From contig JAIMAA010000001.1 of NCBI GenBank assembly GCA_023512225.1, positions 8,876 through 72,875 of the forward strand: 64,000 bases of DNA, in the 5' to 3' direction. This DNA comes from Candidatus Bathyarchaeota archaeon (lineage in GTDB: Archaea > Thermoproteota > Bathyarchaeia > Bathyarchaeales > Bathycorpusculaceae). The notes below the pieces were generated by a model. The model made no database searches and was not told the DNA's origin. It saw only the letters and a list, made by a program, of their open reading frames with translations. This document shows, piece after piece, positions 1 to 11,866 of this stretch. How positions within the stretch are numbered: the stretch's first letter is position 1; each line of letters begins with the position of its first letter. The translations under genes and the position numbers were made by a program.

Positions 1-11
1 TGAAACGCTTT

Positions 12-1199
12 ATGAGTTATGGACGGGACATACTGCTTCTTTCTATCGTCTTCTTAGTTTGCTCCTTAGCCCTTAACCTGATTAGCCCAATATGGCCAAT
101 TTACATCACTGAACTTAACGCGTCCATGACGGAACTCGGCTTTGTCTTCTCCATTTCAAACGCTTTTGCGGCTGGCGTGCAAATTCTCAGCGGCTTCTTA
201 TCAGACAAGTATGGCAGAAGAAAAATTCACGCTTTGGGAACGTTGCTGGCTGCTTTTCCGCCTTTAATGTACGCCTTAGCCAACAATTGGGTGGATTTGG
301 TGCCTTGGGCGATGCTGAGTGGCTTCGCGACTGGTTTGTATATTCCGATTCGCTGGGCAATAGTGGCGGATGCTTCCGCAGATGGAGGAATGGCTTCGGC
401 CTACGGGTGGACGAACATTTCTTGGCTGATAGGCTCGACTGTGGCTCCTTTTCTGGGTGGAATGGCTGCTGACGCTTTTGGTGTTCGTTTTCCTTTCTTT
501 GCATGTTTCATTTTGATACTGGCTGTTTTTCCTTTGACACTTCTGATGCGTGAGACTCGGAGAAAACCGCTGGCGAAGATTGAAAGCGTAGGTGATGTTG
601 GCAGTCGTGTGGCTAGGAAATATTTGTTTGTGCTTGTCATGTTCTCGGTGATTAACATAATTCAAGGCGTCGGCATCGGCGTGACAGGACCAGTGATTTC
701 AGTTTTTGCTAGGCTGAATTTTAACTTGGATTACACTTTCGTTGGAATATTATATGCCGTCGGCTTTGGCGTCGCTTCTATCGTGGTGCAAATTCCCGGC
801 GGCAAATGCAGCGACAGATTCGACCGAAGGAAGGTTATGTTCTGGACATTTTTGGCTTCTTCTCCGTTTTTCTTGTTGTTTGCTTATTCGCGCAATTTTG
901 CCGAGTTGGTTCTTTTCATGTTCTTGTCTAATGCGTTGTTGAATATGTCTTGGCCGGCTTTTCAGACTCTCATGATGGATTCTACACCGCAGTCAAGATG
1001 GGGTTTCGTTAATGGTGTTTCGGCGACAACGTTTTGGGTTGGATTGATGATTGGGAACGCTTTGAGCGGTGTTTTCTGGGATAATTTTGGTATGGTGGCG
1101 CCTTTTTACGCTTCTGCCATAACGATAGGAGCGTCTGCGGTTTTGCCGCTTTTTCTTAAAGAAACTAGAAACAATAATGATAGTGCTACTCGAAAGTGA
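12..1199 (+). CDS. MFS transporter
   Basis: About 12 hydrophobic segments; MFS motif A in both halves (GFLSDKYGRR, GKCSDRFDRR). Confidence 0.9.
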   Translation: MSYGRDILLLSIVFLVCSLALNLISPIWPIYITELNASMTELGFVFSISNAFAAGVQILSGFLSDKYGRRKIHALGTLLAAFPPLMYALANNWVDLVPWAMLSGFATGLYIPIRWAIVADASADGGMASAYGWTNISWLIGSTVAPFLGGMAADAFGVRFPFFACFILILAVFPLTLLMRETRRKPLAKIESVGDVGSRVARKYLFVLVMFSVINIIQGVGIGVTGPVISVFARLNFNLDYTFVGILYAVGFGVASIVVQIPGGKCSDRFDRRKVMFWTFLASSPFFLLFAYSRNFAELVLFMFLSNALLNMSWPAFQTLMMDSTPQSRWGFVNGVSATTFWVGLMIGNALSGVFWDNFGMVAPFYASAITIGASAVLPLFLKETRNNNDSATRK

Positions 1200-3234
1200 G
1201 TAGTTTCGCCTTTTCTAAGTCTCTGAGAAACTTTAGTGCGAGTTCTGGGCTGGTTTCGTTGTATTCTGCTGAAACTGCTGTTAGGATTTGGTGGGCGTTT
1301 CGTTTTTCATCAATGAAGTTTATTAGTTCGCCCATTTTCTTTGCGAATTGAGGGTCTTTCTCCCAGACTTCCTCGTACCACTCGTATTCTTTTTCTCCTA
1401 ACGCCTTCTTTAGTATGTCGAAGCTGAGTGCGCCTTTGAACAAGCGTTTGGGAACGAGTTTTTTGAGTTCTTTTTCTTGTTCTGTTTCTTCTATAGCGGC
1501 TGGGATGGTTAGGGCGGAATTTTTGGCTATGAAGTTTAGTGTTGCTTCGATTTGCATGAGTTTTTGTTTGGCTTGGTTTGCAATATCCATGCATAACGTG
1601 TCAATGAACGTGGCTAATTCTGGGTTTTGTGCGAGTTTTTGGGTTGATTTGGTTGCTTCTTGTTCTCGCCAGACGATATGCTCTATTTTGTTTTTGTAGT
1701 ATGCGGCTGTTTTTGCGAGTTCTTTGGCTAATTCTTCTGGTTTACCCTTTAGTTTTGGGTCTTCCTTTTTCTTGAACAGCGTCTCTGTTGCTTCTGTGGT
1801 TGCGTCTTCTAAGCGTGCGATTCCTTTTGATGCGGTTAACTGTGCTAGACGGTAGGCGGTTTCGGCTGTGGCGTTTGCAAGTGTTAACACTGCGACTGTG
1901 GTTATCCATCCTACGCGTTTGAGGCTGTCTTCGCTTACTTTGTCTGTTGTGTCCATGCTTGTGTGGTAGTAGAGGTCTGGCCATTGCAGTAGCATTACGC
2001 ATGGTGCGTGTACGGTGGCTTCTGTGAATTCGGCGTGGTCGCTTCCTCCGCTGAAGGCTGTGGCTGCGTAGCGGAAGGTTGATGAGGAGCCGAAGGCTGT
2101 TGGCGAGTCGAATTCTTTTGTGGATTGTTCGATTAGAGAGTAAACGTAGTCATTTAAGTATGAGGGGCATGAGTCTGGTGTGCGGTCTAGGTTTAGTGTG
2201 GATTTGCAGAGTTCCTGGTTTTGTCCGACCATGTCTAGGTTTATGCCTGCGATGAAGCGGTTGAATGTGTTTTCGTGTTTGGATAGGTAGGCGACTGTGC
2301 CCAGTGTTTCGGGAACCCAGAAGAAGCGTATTGTTCTGTCTGGCTGTGGGATTTTGCCAGAGTTTACTAGTGCCATTATTGTGCGTGCGATTTCGATTAG
2401 TAAGCCGCTTCCTGAGGCGTTGTCGTTTGCGCTTTGTTTTGGGTGGCATAAATGCGCGATTAGGAAGATTTCTTCGTCTGGTTTTGACTTGCCCGGTATT
2501 GTGGCGGTTACCACGTCTGAGTAGCCGCTGAAAAGTTGCGCGTCCACTTTTGCCTTAAGTTTCACGGTTTTGCCTTTTGCTAGTAAGGCGCGAAGCATGT
2601 TGCCTTGACGCTTGCTTAGGCTGAAGCCGAAGGTTACTTTGTCTATTTCTTCAGCTTTTGGCCATATGCCCTGATAGGCGTGAGCGTCTGGTATGTCTAG
2701 GCTTTCGCGGACTCCGGGCATTTCATATGTTAGCGTGTCTGTTATTACTGCTAAGGCGCCACGTTTCCACACTGCTTCTTCGTGGACTTGGTGGGCTCTG
2801 CCTGTGGCGAGGACGAATTTGTCTTTTACGTCTTTGCCTTCGTAGTCTTTTGGTTTTGTTCCTTTGCCTACGTCTACGAGTTCGGCGGTTACGCCTTCGG
2901 GCGGTGTGGCTTTGCTGTACGTGTGTAGGCATGTGGGCACGTCTTCGTAGCGAGCGATTAAGCGTTCTTCTGGTTCGGCGAGGTAGAGTTCTGCGCTTTT
3001 GGCTGTCCAGCCGACGGGCGAGGTGTGTGTCCAGTATTGGGTTTTGCCGTCTGCCGTGAACTGCTCGATTAATGCGTCTTTTAAGCCTATTTTTAACAGT
3101 TCGTTTCTGACGTATTCTGCGGCTTCGTGAAACATTGTGGAGCCTTGAATGCGATGAAAACGACAGATTTGCTCAACAAAACCCTTAGCAACAACACCAG
3201 ACAACTCATCACGAACAAACCTATACAAACTCAT
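1186..3234 (-). CDS. M28-family aminopeptidase-like protein with PA domain (DUF4910-like)
   Basis: AHLCH..ANDNASG, PETLG, NLDMVG, SDH, YYHTSMDT metal-binding motifs. Confidence 0.8.
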   Translation of the reverse strand: MSLYRFVRDELSGVVAKGFVEQICRFHRIQGSTMFHEAAEYVRNELLKIGLKDALIEQFTADGKTQYWTHTSPVGWTAKSAELYLAEPEERLIARYEDVPTCLHTYSKATPPEGVTAELVDVGKGTKPKDYEGKDVKDKFVLATGRAHQVHEEAVWKRGALAVITDTLTYEMPGVRESLDIPDAHAYQGIWPKAEEIDKVTFGFSLSKRQGNMLRALLAKGKTVKLKAKVDAQLFSGYSDVVTATIPGKSKPDEEIFLIAHLCHPKQSANDNASGSGLLIEIARTIMALVNSGKIPQPDRTIRFFWVPETLGTVAYLSKHENTFNRFIAGINLDMVGQNQELCKSTLNLDRTPDSCPSYLNDYVYSLIEQSTKEFDSPTAFGSSSTFRYAATAFSGGSDHAEFTEATVHAPCVMLLQWPDLYYHTSMDTTDKVSEDSLKRVGWITTVAVLTLANATAETAYRLAQLTASKGIARLEDATTEATETLFKKKEDPKLKGKPEELAKELAKTAAYYKNKIEHIVWREQEATKSTQKLAQNPELATFIDTLCMDIANQAKQKLMQIEATLNFIAKNSALTIPAAIEETEQEKELKKLVPKRLFKGALSFDILKKALGEKEYEWYEEVWEKDPQFAKKMGELINFIDEKRNAHQILTAVSAEYNETSPELALKFLRDLEKAKLLTFE

Positions 3235-3310
3235 TTTAAGACCACACAGTTTAAGCTAACTATACGTGTCCACATTTTTATAAGCGTGTTCATTCTGATT
3301 CTGTTTAGGT

Positions 3311-4897
3311 TTGATGATGAGTTTTGAGGTTAGGGAGCGGGATTTGCTTGCGAGAATCGGTAGGTTAAAGACTAAGAGTGGTGTTGTTGAGACTCCTTTG
3401 TTGTTTCCTGTTGTTAACCCCGCCATTCAGCCTATTCCGCCGAAAAAGATAATGACCGAGTTTGGCTTAGACGCGTTAATAACTAATGCTTACATTATCC
3501 GCCAGCGTTTCCAAGACCAGCCTATCAAAGAGGGCTTACACAAATTCTTAGACTTCAACGGCACAATAATGACGGACTCTGGCGCTTACCAAATCCTCGT
3601 TTATGGCAACATAGACATCACGCAAGAAGAAATAATCACATATCAAGAGCAGATAGACACGGACATCGCCACAATCTTGGACATTCCAACAGGCTGGAAA
3701 GTCACTAAGGCACATGCACAAAACACAGTAAAAGAAACACTAAAACGCGCCAAACAGCTTTTCAAAACTAAAACCCGCAACGACATCCTCTGGGTTGGTC
3801 CAGTCCAAGGCGGCAAACACCTAGACCTTGTGGCTAAATCTGCCCGCGAAATGAGCAAATTACCCTTTCAAATTCACGCTTTAGGAAGCCCAACAGAAGT
3901 CATGGAAACCTACCGCTTCGACGTGCTCGTAGACATGATAATGACAGCGAAAATGAACCTGCCCGCCGACAGACCCTTACACCTTTTCGGCGCTGGACAC
4001 CCATTCATGTTCGCGTTAGCAATAGCCCTCGGATGCGACTTCTTTGATTCCGCAGCCTACGCCATATACGCCAGACAAAACCGCTACATGACAGAAAACG
4101 GCACGCACCACCTAAACGAACTAGACTATTTCCCATGCACATGCCCAAAATGCGCATACACGACGCCAAAACAAGTGCTAGAGCAACCGCAAAAAGAAAG
4201 AGAAGTCTTCCTTGCAGAGCACAATCTCTACGTCTGCGCGGCAGAACTGAAACGCGTAAAACAAGCCATAAAAGACGGACGCCTCTGGGAACACCTTGAA
4301 ATGCGAGCCAACGCTCACCCATCACTGCTCCAAGCATTAAAACAATTAAAGAAATATGAAGAATTCATCGAAAAATACAGCCCAACAACAAAACCAAGCG
4401 GTTTATTTTTCTTCAACTCCATCGGACTCGCAAGACCAGAAATAGTCCGCCACAGAAAACGCTTAACAGAAAGATACACGCCACCCAAAAACGCAAAAAC
4501 CCTTCTGCTCGTGCCGCAAACACGAACAAAACCCTTTCACAAATCACCAGAATTCAAACAAATCCAAAGAAGGCTCAGCGAACACCTAAAGGATGCACAC
4601 GTCTGTTTTTACGCTGCACCTTTCGGCGTAATCCCAATCGAGCTTGACGAAGTTTACCCGCTCTCACAACATGAAACCGCCATGCCACTCAACAAGGAAA
4701 CAATAGAATACGTCGCAAAGCAAATCGCAGACTACATCCAACGCACAAACTACAAAACCGTCACGCTAATAAACGACCCGCAAAACTGGAACAAAACCAT
4801 ATTAAAAACGTGCAAAAAAGCCTGCAAACAAAAACAAATCACACTCAAAACCTTAGACACAGCAGAACTTCGGCTCAGCCAACAACCTAAACCCTAA
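3311..4897 (+). CDS. tgtA: Archaeosine tRNA-guanine(15) transglycosylase
   Basis: ETP..PV, MTDSGAYQ, LDIPTG, HLFGAGHP, FDSAAY, CxCxxC...H zinc site; no obvious C-terminal PUA domain. Confidence 0.9.
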   Translation: MMMSFEVRERDLLARIGRLKTKSGVVETPLLFPVVNPAIQPIPPKKIMTEFGLDALITNAYIIRQRFQDQPIKEGLHKFLDFNGTIMTDSGAYQILVYGNIDITQEEIITYQEQIDTDIATILDIPTGWKVTKAHAQNTVKETLKRAKQLFKTKTRNDILWVGPVQGGKHLDLVAKSAREMSKLPFQIHALGSPTEVMETYRFDVLVDMIMTAKMNLPADRPLHLFGAGHPFMFALAIALGCDFFDSAAYAIYARQNRYMTENGTHHLNELDYFPCTCPKCAYTTPKQVLEQPQKEREVFLAEHNLYVCAAELKRVKQAIKDGRLWEHLEMRANAHPSLLQALKQLKKYEEFIEKYSPTTKPSGLFFFNSIGLARPEIVRHRKRLTERYTPPKNAKTLLLVPQTRTKPFHKSPEFKQIQRRLSEHLKDAHVCFYAAPFGVIPIELDEVYPLSQHETAMPLNKETIEYVAKQIADYIQRTNYKTVTLINDPQNWNKTILKTCKKACKQKQITLKTLDTAELRLSQQPKP

Positions 4898-4931
4898 CCA
4901 CAGTTTCAACCTATAAATAAGGGGGGCTATA
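4889..4931 (+). repeat. Dispersed oriented intergenic motif, copy 1
   Basis: AAACCCTAACCACAGTTTCAACCTATAAATAAGGGGGGCTATA; 41/43 identical to the reverse complement of 14266-14308. Confidence 0.9.
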
Positions 4932-4946
4932 CCTTTTACCAAGCAC

Positions 4947-7182
<2,236 letters not shown>

Positions 7183-7185
7183 CCA

Positions 7186-8397
7186 TTAAGCCTCCACATT
7201 CACCAGTTTCAAAGGCGGCAAAGCCGTAATCTGTTTCCAAAACTCATCCAACTTTTGGTTAAAGTCACCCACACACCTTGGAGACGCTTCAAAAAGCATG
7301 AAACGCTCCTGCCAACCCGTCTTCCTCAAAGCATCCTTCAGCACTGCCATGTTTCTTTCCGCCGTGTCACGCCCTTCTTGCAGTTTGCAGTCTTCTGCAG
7401 AGCACACGACCGCCATTACACCGTCAAAGCCGTTCTGCAAAGCGTTAACAACATGCACTGGGTCAAGCGCCTTAAAACATGGAACCTCCAATACTATAGC
7501 ATTTCGCTTCTTGAAAAGCTCGCTTTCAGGGTCATCTAAAGCTTTAAACTCTGACCACTGACAACTAAACACCAAGATAACTGGTGCTTTGCCTTCGGCC
7601 TTCAGTTTTTTAGCAGATTCTTCATAACGTTTCAGAACATTTTCAAACTCGAAACCTTTAACTTGAATAGCGTGATGTGGACAAACAAGCTGACAAGCAC
7701 CGCAACCCATGCAGTAATCATAAAGTATTTTGGGAGTCGCAAAAGGTTCCGCTTCAATGGCAGCGTATGGGCATATGAAAACGCATTTGTCGCAACCTAC
7801 ACATTTTTCGGTTTCGTAGATAACCTTCCGAGAATACTTCACAACCTTTACGGCATCTTTGCTGAAACCTAACTGTTCAAGCACGTTTTTGCTCAAAAGA
7901 AGCCGTCTCGTGTTAATCTTAGTGCCTTCCTTAAAACGGCAGAATGCATCTTCACATTGAACCGAAACAACATTTTTAATGCCGGATTTTAAAACTTTAA
8001 AAATGAATTCTGTGGGAACACGCCCAGAACACGGCAAACGTAAAGGAACATAATCCTTGACGCTTAAGCCTTGCTCAGCCAAGATTTCTTCAACTTCACA
8101 CGTTGAAGGCGAGTTTCCACGGCACATCAAAACAAGCGTGTCGCTCTTAGCCTTTTTCCGCACGCAATCCACGTAATCTACTAGCGTATTGTAATCATAG
8201 TAAACCATTTCAATCGCAAAAACTGGACAAGCACTATAGCATATACCGCAGACTTGGCATTTCTGTATGTTTATCTCAACTTTGCCTGTCTCAGCATCCC
8301 GTGTTATCGCTTCATATGGACAGACTGAATGACAAATTGAACAGCGGCTACAATAATCTTGATTGATGGTTACTGCAGCAACGCATTTTTCATTCAT
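7186..8397 (-). CDS. Fusion of two 2x[4Fe-4S] ferredoxin domains and two MvhD-like domains
   Basis: Four CxxCxxCxxxCP motifs; two MvhD-like segments (PCSGRVP..QCEDAFC; FSCQW..VPC..GFDGV..CSAEDC); 3 nt upstream of nfnA. Confidence 0.8.
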   Translation of the reverse strand: MNEKCVAAVTINQDYCSRCSICHSVCPYEAITRDAETGKVEINIQKCQVCGICYSACPVFAIEMVYYDYNTLVDYVDCVRKKAKSDTLVLMCRGNSPSTCEVEEILAEQGLSVKDYVPLRLPCSGRVPTEFIFKVLKSGIKNVVSVQCEDAFCRFKEGTKINTRRLLLSKNVLEQLGFSKDAVKVVKYSRKVIYETEKCVGCDKCVFICPYAAIEAEPFATPKILYDYCMGCGACQLVCPHHAIQVKGFEFENVLKRYEESAKKLKAEGKAPVILVFSCQWSEFKALDDPESELFKKRNAIVLEVPCFKALDPVHVVNALQNGFDGVMAVVCSAEDCKLQEGRDTAERNMAVLKDALRKTGWQERFMLFEASPRCVGDFNQKLDEFWKQITALPPLKLVNVEA

Positions 8398-8503
8398 CCC
8401 GACACTTCTCCAATGCCAATTATTTTTAGTTCCTTAACGTGTCAACTGCGCTTAGAAATCTTCAAAATAGATTCGGAACGATATAATAGTTTTGCAGCAT
8501 TCC

Positions 8504-9436
8504 CTATTTTTTGTAATATGGTCTTTTAATGAAACCGTAAGCTTCTAACGCAGCCGTTATGCCCTGACCAACAGCAGCTCCAACCTGCTTAATGGGATGA
8601 TTTGTAACGTCTCCTGCAGCGTAAACTCCAGAAACATTGGTGCGCTGGAAAATGTCGATTTTAATGTAGCCCTCTTCGTCAACTTCAACACCAGCCTCCC
8701 TTGCCAATTGACTGTTTGGGTCTTCGCCGACTTGGATGAAAACGCCATCGATTGCCATCTCTCGAGTTTCGCCATTTTGATTATTAAACAATATCACTTT
8801 TGCAACCAGCTTTTCGCCTTGAATTTCCTTCAATTCAGTATTCCATAAGATTTCAATGTTCTTTTTCGCAACCAAATCTTTAACAAGAGCTTCTTCAGCG
8901 CGAAATTCGCTTCTGCGATGAGCAATTTTAACTTCAGACGCAAGTCCTGCAAGATATAAAGCAGTCATAACCGCGGAGTTTCCACCACCAACTACAAGAA
9001 CACGTTTACCCTTGAACAATGGACCGTCACAGATTCCACAATAGCTTACACCTCTTCCGCGAAACTCCTTTTCGCCTGGAACGTTGAGTTCGCGATAATG
9101 TGAACCAGACGCAATAATAACAGCGTTTGCCTCGTAAATTGCTCTGTTGGTTTTCACGATTTTCTTCTCGCCTTTAAGGTCCAAGCCAATCACGCTTTCG
9201 AATTCACGGATTATCACGCCTGTGCTTCTACAATGCGCTGCCATCTTCTGCGCCAGTTCCATTCCATTTATGCTTTGGAATCCTGGATAATTCTCGATTA
9301 ATGGGGCATCTGCAGCGGTGCCTCCAGCCATCTTTCCTTCTAAAATTAGCGTTTTTAAGCCGCTTCTTGCGCCGTAGATTCCAGCGGCAAGTCCAGCCGG
9401 ACCGGCGCCGATGATTATCAATTCCCAGTTTTCCAT
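8504..9436 (-). CDS. trxB: Thioredoxin reductase
   Basis: GAGPAG, IENYPG, GRGVSYCGICDG, GGGNSA, HRR, GVYAAGD. Confidence 0.92.
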   Translation of the reverse strand: MENWELIIIGAGPAGLAAGIYGARSGLKTLILEGKMAGGTAADAPLIENYPGFQSINGMELAQKMAAHCRSTGVIIREFESVIGLDLKGEKKIVKTNRAIYEANAVIIASGSHYRELNVPGEKEFRGRGVSYCGICDGPLFKGKRVLVVGGGNSAVMTALYLAGLASEVKIAHRRSEFRAEEALVKDLVAKKNIEILWNTELKEIQGEKLVAKVILFNNQNGETREMAIDGVFIQVGEDPNSQLAREAGVEVDEEGYIKIDIFQRTNVSGVYAAGDVTNHPIKQVGAAVGQGITAALEAYGFIKRPYYKK

Positions 9437-9502
9437 GTGTATTTCCCGAGAGCAATAGTCTGAAGGTTGTGGTTTATGAAGTCTTCGCAGAGGTCACGTT
9501 GG

Positions 9503-10315
9503 TTATTTTGGTTTTACGGCGTAGACTTTAATGCTTGCGACTGAGCCGGCATATTCTTTCGCTTCTTCCAAAGATATGTCATAATCTTTCATGATGGCTT
9601 CTGTGGATGGGTTATTAATCACGAAATCTATTGGGAAAAGCGCCTCTTCAACTACCTTTACGTCCTGAAAGCCTACGTTTTTGATTACTTCGAGGTATTG
9701 TTCTTTCATAACTGCTCCGGAAATGCAGCCAACATACGCTTGTTCGTTTTCCTTTATCTTTTTAGGCAACTCTTTCAGCAAGACAATGTCAGAAATCATC
9801 AATCTTCCGCCTGGCTTTAGCACTCTAAAGGCTTCTTCGAAAACTCTCTTTTTATTTGGTGAAAGGTTAATGACGCAGTTTGAAATGATAACGTCGACAG
9901 TGTTGTCTGCAACTGGAAGATTTTCAATTTCTCCAAGCCGAAACTCCACGTTTTTATATCTGCCCTGTCGGCAGTTTTCCCTTGCCTTGTCAATCATTTC
10001 AGGCGTCATGTCAACACCGATGACGCGTCCTTTTTCTCCAACTTTTTTTGCGGCAAGAAAACAGTCAAGTCCACCGCCAGAACCAAGGTCAAGAACTGTT
10101 TCGCCTTCCTTAAGCGATGCAAGCGCTACAGGGTGTCCACATCCAAGACTGAAAGCGGCGCCTTCAGGAATTGTTTCCAGTTCTGCTTTGCTATAGCCAA
10201 TTTTCTCATGATTCTCATTACATTCCGAATTGCAGCAGCAAGATTCTCTTTTAGCTGCTTTAGCGTAGCTTTTCCTTACAATCTTTCTAATTTCTTCTTC
10301 TTTCAAGTCAACCAC
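9503..10315 (-). CDS. arsM: Arsenite S-adenosylmethionine methyltransferase
   Basis: N-terminal CCC, LGCGHP, VLDLGSGGGLDC, GVDMTPEM, SNCVINL, GCISGA. Confidence 0.9.
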   Translation of the reverse strand: MVDLKEEEIRKIVRKSYAKAAKRESCCCNSECNENHEKIGYSKAELETIPEGAAFSLGCGHPVALASLKEGETVLDLGSGGGLDCFLAAKKVGEKGRVIGVDMTPEMIDKARENCRQGRYKNVEFRLGEIENLPVADNTVDVIISNCVINLSPNKKRVFEEAFRVLKPGGRLMISDIVLLKELPKKIKENEQAYVGCISGAVMKEQYLEVIKNVGFQDVKVVEEALFPIDFVINNPSTEAIMKDYDISLEEAKEYAGSVASIKVYAVKPK

Positions 10316-10559
10316 TTCCTGTTTGAAAAATATCTTTCAACATGGGTCCAAGCATATTCTTTATTGTGCTTCCAAGGTCTTCGGATTTGACCAACATGAA
10401 GCAGCATATTTCGCCGTCACGTTCGCATCCTATGACTGCCAATTTATCATTTGGTTTCAGTTTGGCTTTTTCTCTCAAGTCTTTTGGTAGAACGATTTGT
10501 CCTTTAGAATCGACTGTAACTACCGCGTCGACTTTGCAGCATCCAACATTGCGAGTCAT
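10308..10559 (-). CDS. AbrB/MazE-like DNA-binding protein with two CC pairs (HgcAB-associated HgcC-like)
   Basis: GCCKVDAVVTVDSKGQIVLPKDLRE..ICCF; ATG at 10559 preceded by GAGTGA; overlaps the arsM start. Confidence 0.75.
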   Translation of the reverse strand: MTRNVGCCKVDAVVTVDSKGQIVLPKDLREKAKLKPNDKLAVIGCERDGEICCFMLVKSEDLGSTIKNMLGPMLKDIFQTGSG

Positions 10560-10602
10560 ATTGTTCACTCGAGAGAAATGGCAGTTGACATATTTAGACT
10601 TT

Positions 10603-10634
10603 TTGGAAAATTCAGAATTTTCTGAAATATCCAA
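10603..10634. promoter_or_regulatory. Imperfect inverted repeat, candidate operator of the abrB-arsM unit
   Basis: TTGGAAAATTCAGA-ATTT-TCTGAAATATCCAA, 12/14 arm match, just upstream of a TATA-like element on the minus strand. Confidence 0.55.
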
Positions 10635-10656
10635 CTATAAGATTACAAAAGAGAAA

Positions 10657-11778
10657 CTAAATCGCCAAAGCAAGCAGTTCCGCTACGTCCATTATTTGAA
10701 TTTTACCCTCATTTCCAGTCGTCTTAACAGCATCTTCAATAGTCAGTAAACAGAATGGACACGCCACAGCCAAAATCTCCGCCCCAGCCTCAACAGCATC
10801 CTTAACTCGGATTTCTGCTAAGCGCGGACCTGGAATGTCAACCCAAAGTCTTCCGCCACCACCTTCACAACATAGGCTTCTGGCTCTTGAGCGGTCAAAC
10901 TCTATTAGTTTAACTCCTGGCACGCTTTCGATGACTTTGCGTGGTTCTTCGTATATGTTGTTCTGTTTTCCGAGGAAGCATGGGTCGTGATAGATTACTT
11001 TTTTGTTGACTTCTTTTGTGAAGATTAGTTTTTTCTCGTCAATCAACTTCGCAAGCAGTTGCGTGTGATGTTGCACTTCAACGCTTGTTTGGTTATATCT
11101 GTTTTTGAACGCGTGAAAACCGTGAGGACAGCTTGTGACAGCTTGCTTTACGTTGTATTTGTTGAAAATTTTCATGTTCTCTTCAACAAGGAATTCAAAT
11201 AAGCCTTTTTCGCCCATGCCGTAGACTTCGCTTCCGCAACAGGTTTCCTCATCACCTAACACGCCAAAGTTTAACCCCGCTTTCTGGAAACACGCCACGA
11301 GGCTTTTGGCTACATTTTGAATTCTTAGGTCATAGGCTGACGTGCAACCAACATAATAGAGAACTTCTGCGCCTTGGGAAACATGTTTAAGATTCAAGCC
11401 TTGACTCCATTCTGAACGTTTATTCCGTATTCTTGCCCAAGGGTTGCCATTTTTGAATATGCTTTCTAATGCATCGCGAATTGTCGGTGCGATTTGTCCT
11501 TCTTCAACAGCCATGCTGCGAATGTCGATTAAGAATTCATATGGGTTTATCTCTTTTGGGCATCGTACGCCGCATGTGGAGCATGTCGTGCAACTCCACA
11601 ACTCATTCTGTGCATGAATCGTCAACTTGCCAAGCGTGGCAACCTCGCGCATGTACTTTCTAACGTTCAGGTTAGCTTTTCTTGCTACTGGGCAGCTTCC
11701 AGTGCATGTTCCACATTGTATGCATTCGAGAAGTTTGTGTTTCTGCGTGAGTTCTTGAGCGTTCATGTTCAACATCAC
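10657..11778 (-). CDS. HdrD-like Fe-S oxidoreductase (ferredoxin plus two CCG domains)
   Basis: CIQCGTCTGSCP, CTTCSTC..RCP, ETCCG, YHDPCFLG, LCCEGGGG, ACPFC. Confidence 0.85.
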   Translation of the reverse strand: MMLNMNAQELTQKHKLLECIQCGTCTGSCPVARKANLNVRKYMREVATLGKLTIHAQNELWSCTTCSTCGVRCPKEINPYEFLIDIRSMAVEEGQIAPTIRDALESIFKNGNPWARIRNKRSEWSQGLNLKHVSQGAEVLYYVGCTSAYDLRIQNVAKSLVACFQKAGLNFGVLGDEETCCGSEVYGMGEKGLFEFLVEENMKIFNKYNVKQAVTSCPHGFHAFKNRYNQTSVEVQHHTQLLAKLIDEKKLIFTKEVNKKVIYHDPCFLGKQNNIYEEPRKVIESVPGVKLIEFDRSRARSLCCEGGGGRLWVDIPGPRLAEIRVKDAVEAGAEILAVACPFCLLTIEDAVKTTGNEGKIQIMDVAELLALAI

Positions 11779-11866
11779 TTTTAACTAAATGGGGGCATAA
11801 GATTTTTAATAAGTGTTTTCCCTTGTATCATCTAAAACGTATCATGGAAAGCGGAGATTGCCCAGA

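Noticed and set aside
11781..11800. TTAACTAAATGGGGGCATA as a fourth motif copy
   Set aside because: Too degenerate to call by eye; the same applies to CAACCTTTAAATTAAG at 19014-19029.
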